DNA of 57,608 nt from Octopus bimaculoides (Eukaryota). The stretch is taken from positions 74,632,339 through 74,689,946 of the forward strand of contig NC_068985.1 of the NCBI RefSeq assembly GCF_001194135.2, read 5' to 3'. The notes under the pieces are model-generated. The model worked only from the letters and a program-made list of their open reading frames with translations, was not told the DNA's origin and ran no database searches. Below are positions 38,730 through 49,852 of this stretch, piece by piece. Within the stretch, counting starts at the first letter, position 1, and each line of letters begins with the position of its first letter. Made by a program: the position numbers and the translations under genes.

Positions 38730-39912
38730 CCCAGATCCAGTGATGGCTCTGTCTAAAGAAGAAAGAAATCCAGATCGAATGATGGCTGCCTAAAGAAGAA
38801 AGAATCGAGTTAGTACTTTTAAGTGGACGAGAGAGATGGTCTTATCGCAAAATTGCGGAAGAATTTAATCTTCGACACCCTTATAGCTAACCTATTTATA
38901 TTACTGCTGTCGGGAAATTAATCAAGAAGTTTAAAGAAACAAGCAGTGTTTTGGATAAACCCCGTTCCGGGCGACCAAAGACTTCAGATGAAACGAAAGA
39001 TGCTGTCATGGCCAATGTTTCTGCTAGCCCAAAGAAATCACTTCGTCGGACATCCACGGTGTTAGGTGTTCCAAAATCAACCATCCATAAAATCCTGGTT
39101 GAGGAAAAGTTTCATCCATACAAGCTACAGATATTGCATCAATTAAATGAAGACAACCCTGATAGACGAATGCAGAGGTGCGAATGGTTTTCAGATAAAT
39201 TGGATGAAAATACCAATTTTACTAAAAACTTTGTGTTCTTCAGTGATGAAGCTACGTTTTATGTAAATGGTGTAGTCAACAGACAGAATCTTCGATACTG
39301 GACTCGAGGTAATCCACATTGGATGGATCCATCCAAAACAGCAAGGCATAAAAAAGGTGATGGTATGGTGTGATTTGTGGAAAGCTCATGTGCTAGGATC
39401 CTTCTTCTTTGATGAACATGTAACGGGTGAGACTTATTTAAACATGTTGGGAGACAAATTAATACCTCAAATGGAGCGCCTAGGCGACGGACTTCTGAAT
39501 TGGCTTCAGCAGGATGGGGCCCCTGCCCATTTTGCCACAACTGTTAGAGATTGGCTTAATGACACTTTTCCTCAGTGGATTGGGAGTGGGGGGTCATGTG
39601 GAATGGTCCCTTAGTTCACAAGACCTTTCTCCCCTTGACTTCTTTTTCTGGGGTATGCTGTAACAGAAAGATTACTCAATAAAGATTACATATTTAAACC
39701 ACACGAGAGAACGCATTACTAGTCAGTGTGCTGAAATTGGTGGCATTGTAGACTTATTTAATTGCGTTCACCTGACTTTGCAAGGCGCATCAAGTTATGC
39801 ATTGAAAATGATGGAAATCATTTTGAAAATATTATTTATTAACATTAAATAAAATTGTTTGTTTTAAAAGAATGTGTTAATCCCCATGTAGCCAGACTTT
39901 GTGTACACGCTG
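38730..39912 (+). mobile_element. Tc1/mariner, rosa/DD41D-like, near-complete decayed transposase
   Basis: KPRSGRPK, FHPYKLQ, FFSDEATF, KVMVWC, QQDGAPAH, DLSPLDFFFWG; D-to-D spacing counts 40 here; right end gccagactttgtgtacacgctg + TA; left TIR absent. Confidence 0.88.
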
Positions 39913-39984
39913 TATATATATATATTTCTGTCAATAAAAATAATAAGCTTAAGGGTTATAAGCAATCACCGAGTATTTCCTCTC

Positions 39985-40075
39985 GACGGGAAAAAGTGAG
40001 TATTAGTACGCACGGGAATCGAACCCACTCTCTCATATGTGTAATAAATATGCTTTGCGATTATACAAACATACC
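39985..40075 (-). mobile_element. Degenerate SINE tRNA-like head
   Basis: Reverse complement contains gggttcgattcccgtgcg (B-box) downstream of a decayed A-box. Confidence 0.45.
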
Positions 40076-40286
40076 CACCTACTTCTGCCCGTTAATTTTG
40101 AGAACTATATTTTATAGAGTTATTTTCAACAAACAAACATGTGACACACTTCTTATATTCCTAAGAGATGTAGTTTCGATTCCTATGCGTACTAATACCC
40201 ATTTTTTCCATGGAAGGCTTATATGCCCCAATATTAGACTAATTTCTTCAGCCAATGCGTTGTGAGCGCTTATGAGATTTACGCTT

Positions 40287-40302
40287 ATAATAATAATAAT
40301 AA

Positions 40303-40373
<71 letters not shown>
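40287..40373. repeat. (TAA)n/(TTA)n trinucleotide microsatellite
   Basis: Read directly from sequence. Confidence 0.97.
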
Positions 40374-41539
40374 TACAGAATTTTCTCTCGTTGCTGCTTC
40401 TCGATACCGGAGCATAGGAATGTCTAGTCTCAAAATTCCTACGAATTAAATTAGATATAACATGGATAACTCAAGGTTTTTGCAAAATGAGAACATGAAC
40501 AAGCTTTAGATATACATAACTGAAGCAGAATTTAAATCATAGAGGTAAATGCTAAAAATATACGTGTGAACCTGAAAGAATTAAAAGTAGATATACAAGT
40601 CAACGTTTACGATCTTTCTCTACACTGCAAGTAACGATTTTTTTCGGTTGACAAATATGTGCACTGATTAGCAAACAGTGTATGCTGTGAAATTATAAAG
40701 AAGCCAGTGGCTTATTTGTGGTCAAACGTCCCAGTAATAATAGCTGACGAGACACATCTCTAAATACTGAAGGTCCAGAACCTTTGGTACTAATGAGCAT
40801 ATTGTAAAAATGGAGATGTTTCCCTGTGACGTACACAATGGTGACTAGCATATTTGTATTTATTCTTAGTAAGTCGGAACTTACTAAGAATAAATATGTA
40901 AATCATCGATTTAGATCTCTATGTTAACAGCGCAAATACCGATTCTTTTAGTTGTTTCTTTTCTCACAAGCACAAAGGGAACATGTTACGAAGAAAAACC
41001 CAAAAGTGTGTAGTGACTTACCTAAGATTGCAGTCTACCTCATTGAAGTTTAGAAGATTAATTCAATGAAATTTAAACTCAAGCTTGAAGCGAAGCTGCC
41101 AGCTGGTTTTTATCTGCTAATCTCTGGTAGTAAATAATAGTCATTTCTAACACAAACAGGCCTTAATTTGGGAGACAATATAATAGATTATATTAGATCA
41201 GTATTGACAGATTCGTTTACGCATCGAAGATTGAATGCACATATTGACCGTCTTCAGTTCGTAAAACAATGTAACTGAATTTAGCAAATCTGGAAGCTCT
41301 AGATTAGATACGCGACCAAATAATCGATCACATAAACTTGATATATTAAGATTTCCATATTTAGATATGTAGGATATCCTGCCGAAGTCGATTTCTCTTT
41401 CATATATTCGATAGTGATAAAATAACTTTCTAGTCGAGTTTTAGAGTCAATATACACGACTAACTCTTTTACTATAGCTGCTGGTTTCAGTCTAAATCAG
41501 AACCTATCATAAATGTGATTTATTAGCAGATCTTTTAGC

Positions 41540-41610
41540 GTCCTGAGTTCAAATTGCAATCAGATCAACTTTACCGTTCAACCCTCCGGAGTTGGTTATA
41601 ATATGTAAAC
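41540..41610 (+). mobile_element. Degenerate SINE family A fragment
   Basis: cctgagttcaaatt..gatcaactttaccgttcaaccctccggagttggt resembles the family A B-box and central block. Confidence 0.4.
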
Positions 41611-42228
41611 ACTTGACTTCATTGTAGTGACTATTCCCAAGCATCAAAATTGCTGACTAACTGTTAAACTTAGCAACAAATATTGGAGAGCGTTGAGCTG
41701 TAATAATGTCGTATATTTGCTTTGAATATTTTCGTTGTTGGTGTACTAGCTAGTTATCAGGTGACATCCAATCACTTAGTAGGCTATCAACGTTCCTATG
41801 GTCGTGCGGCTTTGTCTTGCAGACGGGCATTTCGTATGGTCAGGACATACATCTGAATATCTAATATCCCTGACTAGCCATTCAAACTACACGGAACTGT
41901 CCTTTATAATTCCGCTTATTATTATCCCAGTAACTTTACGGACGTTTTATGTTCTTTGATGTTCATATGTCAAGCCCTGGTATTTTTAGATATTATCACG
42001 TTCATTGTCTACTAAACTTAGAACAACTAGGCAAAAAATCGATTAAGGAACACAGTTCTTTTGCATTAAATAATACAATCTCTGTATAAAGTAAAAGTGA
42101 TTGGTATTACTATTTTTATTACGCTGTTCGAATGGCAGAAATGTGAACTTGTCCGACAATGTCCATACGAAATTTCTCCTGATATTTTACGTTCTGAATT
42201 CAAGACAGGTCTTCTTTTCCTTCCACTC

Positions 42229-42294
42229 TTATAGAAACGATAGAATAAAGTAGAAACCGAGTACTGCTGTCCCTTTAATCGAGTAAGCCCCGTT
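42229..42294 (-). CDS. Candidate terminal coding exon, NGAYSIKGTAVLGFYFILSFL* (GPI-signal-like)
   Basis: tttcag acceptor, small residues followed by a hydrophobic tail, TAA, and AATAAA at 42115-42120 downstream on the minus strand. No homology recognised. Confidence 0.35.
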   Translation of the reverse strand, partial: NGAYSIKGTAVLGFYFILSFL

Positions 42295-43519
42295 CTGAAA
42301 TTTACAGTCTTGTGCACATGATTGGTTTAGAAATGATTATTAATAATCTTATTTTTTTCCCTGTTTCTCTTGTTTTTCAGGGAAACTTTGCTTCAGATAC
42401 CTGTTTCATTATGCTCCTTTTTGTTGAATTTTTCTTCGTGATTACTTCTGTGCTTTACGTTATTGAATTACTACAAAGACATTTGAAAAATATCATTTCA
42501 CTATTTTTACTTCTCTATCTGGGAAAATGTTGTTGTTTATAAAACTTTTCTATCATTTTGCTTTTCGCTTAGTCGTATTTCGTCATTTTAGTTATGCTAG
42601 GGTGGTGGAACAGTTCTTTCCAGGGAGTTTGTAACATTCAACTCAACAAATATGTCTCCTTACAAAATAAATGTGTGCAGAAATGAATATCGGAAAGAAG
42701 AAAAAAGAATTAGTGAAAAAATAATCAAACACAGAAAGAATACATTCAGGAAGCTATGGAAGAAAAATGTCGACGATATTAATTTTAAACGTCCGCAGCA
42801 TAAACGGTGGCAGCAGCAATACTAGAAGAAACAAGACTAATTTACTCTCGAAATTTGCCGATTTTGAAATCACACTCGAAATTTGTCGATTTTAAATTAG
42901 AAGTATCGATTAATTGATCAAGGATCTGCTCTAGTGTTCTGAGAGTAGCATACGAGTCCCTTACTGCATTTCGTAACGGCAATAGTACGGAATCTGTGAA
43001 AGTTGGACAAATTTCCTTGCAATCGAAGAATCTCTGAACGTGGAGATTATTCCATCTCTGAACGAATTATAGTAACAAATGATATCATTTCTCCCACATT
43101 TTTCAAGAATGAAGGGAAAAGCATACATAAATTCGCGAAGTAAAGTGTAGGTGACACTAAACATTGTTCCCTCAAAACAAAAATGAACAAATCCTCAGTT
43201 AATGTAGAAGTCATTTTTCGGCAGGCATGTAAAAAATATCAACACACTATTCAAAACCTTTAAGGGATATGTTAGGCTCTTCTGCTTTGGAAGACTTACA
43301 GTCAGGGAAAGCAGTAGTCGAGAACAGTCAGCAGCAGTTAAACAAGCGGCACCAACAGAAGACATGAGGGTCAACTGAAACACACAGGACACAAGAAGGG
43401 GACGGGCGAACTATTGAAAAAAGCACAGCAGGCAGAAAATTGGAAAGGACTCTCCAAACAATAATCGTAAACCAGGTGAATGTAATTAGAAACTTGTGGC
43501 AGGGACAGTTTTCCAATAC

Positions 43520-43568
43520 CTGCTTGTAATTTGTACGTAAAGTATCGTGTCCTTCACCATAGAATAGA
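43520..43568 (-). CDS. Candidate 49-nt internal exon (LFYGEGHDTLRTNYKQ)
   Basis: Acceptor ttatttcctttgccatag and donor cag|gtattg; open in two frames. Confidence 0.3.
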
Positions 43569-44288
43569 CTATGGCAAAGGAAATAATGTGTGTGATCTGG
43601 TTATTGAGAACGAAGGAATGAGGTGAAAATTTATATAAAATGTTGAGAACAGTGGTTAACTAAGATAGTTAACTTATATTTCGCCTACGAAGAAAGTGTA
43701 GAAAGCATCATGATACAAACACAGTTTACGTCTGTCTTTGCTGCACTGTATTTCATTAATGGGTGGTTGCGCACAAAAAAAAGAAGACAAGGGAAATATA
43801 AGCATCTCAACATATGTTGAAATGAAGTTCACATATCTTCGCACAATAAAAGAAAACGTAAAATGACTACTAAACCCAGTAAATGATGGCGAATGGAATT
43901 GCCATATGTTAATTGTGGAGGTCGGTTAATGTTATAAACACACAAAGACAAATGCTGCGAATGAAACCTACGCTGCAATACTCCACACTAACCATGTAAA
44001 ACTTTTTCTCAACCCCGTTAGCAAAGTGACACATCTAAGTATATCGGTTTCAAAATGTAGTAGAGTATGGTAGAATAGGTCTATCGTGGGGTGCTCAGTG
44101 CCAGATTAGCTGATGGATTCTCAATACTTTGTCGATCGATTCTCATATGTCTCTTTCATTTTGTTAAATTACGTCGTTTTAATAATTAATTAGGTTTCGT
44201 CTAATTACCTTAAGTTGTTATGAAATGCAATTCAAAATATTTAAAATTATAGAACGTCTGTGATACTACAAACTACAACTATTGTTAC

Positions 44289-44319
<31 letters not shown>

Positions 44320-44503
44320 ACAAACTGAAAGGTCACAACCGGACTGTTTTTCTGGAAGTCACTAAATGATATTTACACATTTGATTTTTAACTTGCGTGA
44401 ATTTTCTATATTATATTTAATGTTCCGTTGCATATCATTTGTCCAATAGTAGTCATTCGTTATTGAATAAATATTCCTTACATTTTTTTACTGTAGCGTT
44501 AAC

Positions 44504-44646
44504 CAATTTTTTAAAAAGACAATAAATCAAAGGTAGTCTGTTCTCTACGATAGAAATAACTGCAATCATGTGGGTATAACATACCAATCACTCATATGCA
44601 TGCAAAACCACTCTGATATGCCTTTAATCTTGCCGGTGCAGCGATT
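44504..44646 (-). repeat. Decayed duplicate of 45153-45294
   Basis: Shares tatgcctttaatcttgccggtgcagcgat exactly and flanking similarity with indels; stop in the equivalent frame. Confidence 0.85.
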
Positions 44647-44766
44647 CTTGTTATATTATTACAACCTACATGATTAGAATTATTCATTGAGTAGTATACA
44701 AAGGATTATTAGTTGTTAGAACGAATAATTTTATGACATTGAAAAGAAAACTAACATGATTATATA

Positions 44767-44802
<36 letters not shown>

Positions 44803-44804
<2 letters not shown>

Positions 44805-44990
44805 GAGAATATACAAATAATAACAACAGACGAGGACAGGTGGTGTAAATAACAAAAGCATATATTAGTATGACGCTCGGGAATACGGAAAGTCTTTGAC
44901 GTTTCGAGCTACGCTCTTCAACAGAAAGAATACGGAGACAAGGAGAAAAACACGGAGAAAAAAAATTGAATAGTGTTCAGTCAACGGTCA

Positions 44991-44992
<2 letters not shown>
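44803..44992 (-). mobile_element. ~190-bp hammerhead-containing repeat, copy 2, flanked by (AT)n on both sides
   Basis: Reverse complement matches 29885-30075. Confidence 0.75.
44893..44929 (-). ncRNA. Minimal hammerhead-like motif identical to 29948-29984
   Basis: Reverse complement is tctttctgttgaagagcgtagctcgaaacgtcaaaga. Confidence 0.6.
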
Positions 44993-45032
<40 letters not shown>

Positions 45033-45036
45033 ACAC

Positions 45037-45152
45037 TAAAACACTAAAGTTAAAGTCTGGTCATAGAATGACCAATTGTTTTCTATCCACGAAATCCGGA
45101 GTCTTATGGTCAGATCATCAAACTCTATACAAAGACAAATTTAACTCTTTAC
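45037..45152. repeat. Block duplicated at 46029-46145
   Basis: Shared taaaacactaaagt(t)taaagtctggtcatagaatgaccaat..tcagatcatca. Confidence 0.85.
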
Positions 45153-45353
45153 CAATCTTTTAAAAAAAGAGTAATTCAAAGGAAGTCTTTGTTCTCTACG
45201 AAAGACGTAACTGGAATCATATGGGTATAACATCAAACATTCATATGCATAAAAACCATCCTCGTATGCCTTTAATCTTGCCGGTGCAGCGATTTCAGAT
45301 GAATGCCCTACACCATACAGTTGATCTCCAGGTAACTTGATATTGCATATAGA
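45153..45353 (-). CDS. Candidate 201-nt phase 0-0 exon
   Basis: Acceptor ttatttctcgccccctttcttcag, donor ttg|gtaaag, 67 open codons SICNIKLPGDQLYGVGHSSEIAAPARLKAYEDGFYAYECLMLYPYDSSYVFRREQRLPLNYSFFKRL; the other two frames are closed. Confidence 0.35.
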
Positions 45354-46145
45354 CTGAAGAAAGGGGGCGAGAAATAAATCGCTTTCTTTTAATCTTCGAA
45401 ATTGATTTCAGCTTTCCCATTATAAAAGATGACCCCCTCAATATCCCCAGCAATTTACCGTTGCCTTTCAGTCATATAACGTAGGCTTTCTCTGTGTGTG
45501 TGTGCGTGTGTGTGTGCGTGTGTGTGTATGTATTAGTTACTCATGTGTAAATCACAGAGGTAGAGATTTGAACGTCAATTTTGGTGGTGAAAGTTGAAGT
45601 GACATTAAAGTTTTTTGTGTAATTGCGTATGAATATGTATTGTTCTGTATATATATATTTATGTATATCTGTCTGTATACGTTTCGTTTATATTTGAAGT
45701 GTATGAGTATTAATGCATGTGTATTAATATCGTTCATCACCAGCTTGGTATTTAAGCAGCACTTTACAAAAACAAAGCAAATGAGAATTTCAGGTCATCA
45801 AAGTGCTTTTTATAAAGGAATCTTCAAAATGTTAAGGATTGAATTGATGAAAAAAAAAACAAAAAAAACATGTTGGAATTTTACTGTTGTTTCAAACTCA
45901 TGTGTTTGTATTTCTCGTTTTCCACCGGCAGTTATATTTGTACAATTAAGCATTAATAATATATATTATCACACACCTACATGACTTTTCACACACACAC
46001 ACACACCCACACACACAGGCACAAACATTAAAACACTAAAGTTTAAAGTCTGGTCATAGAATGACCAATGGTTTTGCATCCACGGAAGCCGCAGCTTTGT
46101 GATCAGATCATCAGACTTTATAAAAAGATAAATCCAATTCTTCAC

Positions 46146-46187
46146 CTCGCGGAAGCGGAAATAAGCAATGGTCCATTGGTCAAATGT
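46146..46187 (-). CDS. Candidate 42-nt exon TFDQWTIAYFRFRE
   Basis: Acceptor tttttgtttttctgatag and donor gag|gtgaag, phase 0-0. Confidence 0.3.
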
Positions 46188-46279
46188 CTATCAGAAAAAC
46201 AAAAATTATTGAGGACGGGTTGTCTCCCCTGGACCGTCGATTAATTGGAAGTGTGTATCTATTTCGTAAGGTGTCTTAC

Positions 46280-46331
46280 GAGCCTAAAATCTATGAACGG
46301 AGAATCCCAAAGCGCTTTGGAAGAGGTACCG
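46280..46331 (-). CDS. Candidate 52-nt exon GTSSKALWDSPFIDFRL
   Basis: Acceptor tttccatttcaag and donor ctc|gtaaga; a 92-nt intron would join it in frame to the next candidate. Confidence 0.25.
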
Positions 46332-46384
46332 CTTGAAATGGAAACATTGTGTATATATTTCTTTACGAGCGTTCAGTAAGCCAG

Positions 46385-46600
46385 AGTTAGCATAGTTTTA
46401 AAGAATTTTGGCTCTCACAGTGATACCGATTTTGCAGCGCCCGCTCCCGGTATTATACGGCCTGGGTGTTCTAAGATCAAGGGTGCCGCTTGATCCTTGA
46501 GGCGCCATACGTGGCTGGCCAGGGACTTAACGAAGGGTGGCTGGTGGCTGGAGAAGAGACGCTTGACGGTTTGCTGACCGATCTGATGTAATTAGAGGGT
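46385..46600 (-). mobile_element. Possible decayed Penelope GIY-YIG C-terminal fragment
   Basis: Frameshifted SLASHVWRLKDQ..ILEH..RPYNTGSGRC..AKIL resembles the PLE endonuclease C-terminus (LSxHxWxLK..PY....C..C..EK..I). Confidence 0.35.
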
Positions 46601-47229
46601 ATGTTCTCGTTCCTGATGTATCCCTGGTTGGATCTAGACCTGAGGATATTGTTTATGCTGCTAGTGTTGCTGGGGCTGCTTTCATTATGGCGTATTGCTC
46701 AGGCAGTGCTAGTATGTCCATCGTCACCGCGGTTCTTGTCACTTTGGTGACCGTGTCTGGCCATAGGGTTGAACATAAATCGAATAAATTGCACGATGTT
46801 GGCATGGTGGCGTTAATCAAGCATCTAAGGGAGTGTCGAATATATTAAGCGTATAATGTACCAAAATATGAGTGCGAGCATAGTGTCATTCAAATAGCGA
46901 TGAATAATTTTATACAGTGATGATAAGCGGAACATATTTGTGGGAAATATTTTATTCTTTAAAGAAAGCATATCAATGCATATCTTACGAAAAGCATGTT
47001 GTAGTACGGTTCTACGAGTGAGATATAGGATACGTCACTCTGCGAAAGAACTAGAGGAGGGTTTACAGTGGAAAACCTACTATTTTGATACTCCACCTCT
47101 ACACATTCTCTCTGCATATACATGTACATACTCACACATACACACACACGCATGCAAACACTTCCACATACATAAATATTTACACATACGTAGATAGATG
47201 AACAGAAAGATATGTATGTATATTCATCT

Positions 47230-47283
<54 letters not shown>

Positions 47284-47545
47284 NNNNNNNNNNNNNNNNN
47301 NNNNNNNNNNNNNNNNNNNNNNNNNNNNNNNNNNNNNNNNNNNNNNNNNNNNNNNNNNNNNNNNNNNNNNNNNNNNNNNNNNNNNNNNNNNNNNNNNNNN
47401 NNNNNNNNNNNNNNNNNNNNNNNNNNNNNNNNNNNNNNNNNNNNNNNNNNNNNNNNNNNNNNNNNNNNNNNNNNNNNNNNNNNNNNNNNNNNNNNNNNNN
47501 NNNNNNNNNNNNNNNNNNNNNNNNNNNNNATATATATATATATAT

Positions 47546-47840
47546 TGTCATGTATATCTATAATATAATGAAAGGAGAGAACTTACAATATTTTCTGAAG
47601 GTGACGATATAATCGTTTGTCAACTACCTTTTGGCAGTATTGAAATGATGTGATTGTAGAGATGAATATATATATATATACAGGAAGTGTATATATGGTA
47701 TATGGACATGAAATTCTTTGGGTATTATACATTTTGTTACATAATCTCAATCTTTGAATACTAATTCCGTTTGAACAATTTCTGCTGTTGCGATCAGAAA
47801 GTTACCCCTTTTATATAAAAGAATTTGCCTCATCGTAACA
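47546..47840 (+). mobile_element. Putative 5' LTR of the Gypsy element
   Basis: Ends cgtaaca immediately before the PBS; 5' limit tgtcatg is inferred only from the TG..CA rule; no second LTR to confirm. Confidence 0.45.
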
Positions 47841-47843
47841 AAT

Positions 47844-47861
47844 TGGAGTCTCGTCCGGGAT
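47844..47861 (+). promoter_or_regulatory. Primer-binding site complementary to tRNA-Pro
   Basis: tggagtctcgtccgggat matches tgggggctcgtccgggat (reverse complement of the tRNA-Pro 3' end) at 16/18, 3 nt after the LTR end. Confidence 0.8.
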
Positions 47862-48024
47862 ATGAACACATTATAAAACAACCTTACTATTCACCTATGA
47901 ACTGATCGATTTGAGTTTAAAACAAAAAAGGTTATATATGAAATTCCACTGCTGGAATACATATATTACCTGCATAATTTTGTATCAACATTCGAAATTC
48001 TGCTTGTGAAATCAGTATTTAATT

Positions 48025-49550
48025 ATGGAATTTAAGTTTGAAGAATTTATTGAATTTGCCAGTGTGGAGCAATTAAGGATTTTTTAAAAAATCAGAATTG
48101 TTGTTATTGGCTAAGCATTACGATCTGGATGAAGCTAAGTCTACCATGAAAATGAAAGTGATTCTCAAAGTGGTTTGGGAATATTTAGTTGATGAAGAAA
48201 TTTTCGAAGATTCGGCTTTGTCGTTATTTAAACCAGAGAAAACAGAAGAGTTTGAGTTGAGGAAATTAGAATTAGAATTTCAAAAAGCAATAAGGGAAAT
48301 GGAAATCCAAAAAGAATTAAAACTGAAAGAAATGGAGTTACAGAGTAGAAAGTTGGACACTACGCGAGATCAGACAGATTTTGATGTAGCTACAAATATT
48401 AGACTTGTGCCACCATTTAATGAAAAAGATGTTGATAAATTTTTCCTTCATTTTGAAAAGGTGGCAATAAATTTGAGATGGATTGTGGAGCATTGGACAA
48501 TGTTAATACAAAGAGTTTTAAAAGGCAGGGCTCAAGAAGTCTATTCGGCTTTATCTAACGAAGCAAATTTCAGTTATGAGGTGGTCAAACAGGCTATTCT
48601 AAAAGCTTATGAACTTGTCCCTGAGGCATATAGACAAAAATATAGGCAGTCCAAGAAAAGGAGTGAGGATATCTATGGAGAATTTGCTAGAGAGAAGGAA
48701 AATTTGTTTGATAGGTGGTGTGTGTCAAAAGAAGTTGGGGAAGATTTTCAAAGATTGAGGCAGCTTATATTATTAGAGGAGTTCAAACAGTGTGTTCATG
48801 TTGATATTAGGACTTATTTGGCAGAGTAGAACAGTTACATGAGGCAGCTATTTTAGCAGATGATTACTCTATTACTCATAAGCATGAGTTCAAGCTGTAT
48901 TGTTATTATTATCCGGAAAATTTCGAGGTAGGCTAGACAAGTAAAATAATTTATTCAGCTCGGTTAGGTTCGAATCCTAACAAGTCCAGTGGTTCAGAGT
49001 TAACAAAGTCAACCTTTTGTTTCTAAATTCAACAATTATTTGTAGATATTGTAGAAAGTCAGGCCATTTGATTTCTGAGTGTAAAAAGCTCAAGTTAAAA
49101 AATCAGTCACAACCCTTACCCCACGTTTTGTGAATATCAAGTCTCAGCCTATTTCCGACATTATTAATACTGAGGAGGGGTACTTGCCGTTTATTTCGAA
49201 AGAGTTTGTCTCACTTGAGGGTGATAAGTCCACATTACGACCCATTACTATTTTGAGGGACACAGGCGTAATCCAGTCTCTATTGTTGGAAGGTACTCTT
49301 CCATTCTCGTAAGTGTTCTCTGCTAGCTCTGATGTTATAGTAAAGGGTATTAGTGGAATTTCAGGTGCACCTCTTCATTTTGTCGATTTGCAGTCAGATT
49401 TTGTGTCTGGTTTGGTGAAAGTTGGTGTTAAAAAAACTCTCCCATTTTCAGATGTAGACTTGCTTAGTGGAAATGATTTAGCAGGGTTCAATGTTTTGTC
49501 TGACCCACATGTTAGCATTGAGGCAAACCCTTCTGAGAGCACTGTACTTG
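48025..49550 (+). mobile_element. Ty3/Gypsy (Gmr1-like) gag and protease, decayed and truncated before RT/IN
   Basis: RLVPPFNEKDVDKFF, ILKAYELVPEAYRQK, LRQLILLEEF; zinc knuckle CRYCRKSGHLISEC at 49041-49082; protease ILRDTG and LLSGNDLAG. Confidence 0.9.
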
Positions 49551-49852
49551 TAATTTCAGTTTGCTAAGTTTTAAATATTTCTTTCATTCTTGAAATGTAA
49601 TTATCGTCTGCGGAAATTATTTTTATAGCTCTGTCAATAACAGTTCGTGAATAACATTACAAATAAAATTTTAAGCTAATTTTATTTTCATTTCTGCTGC
49701 TGAGTTCTTTTCACTGATGGGGCAGCCGTTTTATCTTTTACAGTACCAGTATATTGAGAGATCCCATATGTGAAATAACTCCAACCAGCCGGCACCAAAC
49801 AGATTGGTTGCATTCGTTACGGCGAAAACTTAGTCTATACATGTCTATACAT

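Noticed and set aside
42381-42542. Strong plus-strand acceptor (ttgtttttcag) followed by a hydrophobic open frame
   Set aside because: T-rich low complexity explains the frame; no donor or partner exon was found.
43210-43475. Purine-rich plus-strand segment ending at cag|gtgaat
   Set aside because: Every frame is interrupted before the donor, and nothing is recognisable.
45050-45147. Minus-strand frame of block Q with TGA-TGA and a third TGA conserved in both copies and several synonymous-looking changes (selenoprotein or mitochondrial-code idea)
   Set aside because: Only about 8 of 17 differences are third-position, TAA stops lie just upstream, no SECIS or mitochondrial protein was recognised, and simple duplication explains the shared TGAs.
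46046-46120. Possible C/D snoRNA (TGATGA plus 9-bp terminal stem on the minus strand)
   Set aside because: No CTGA D-box next to the 3' stem, and the stem is broken in the other copy.
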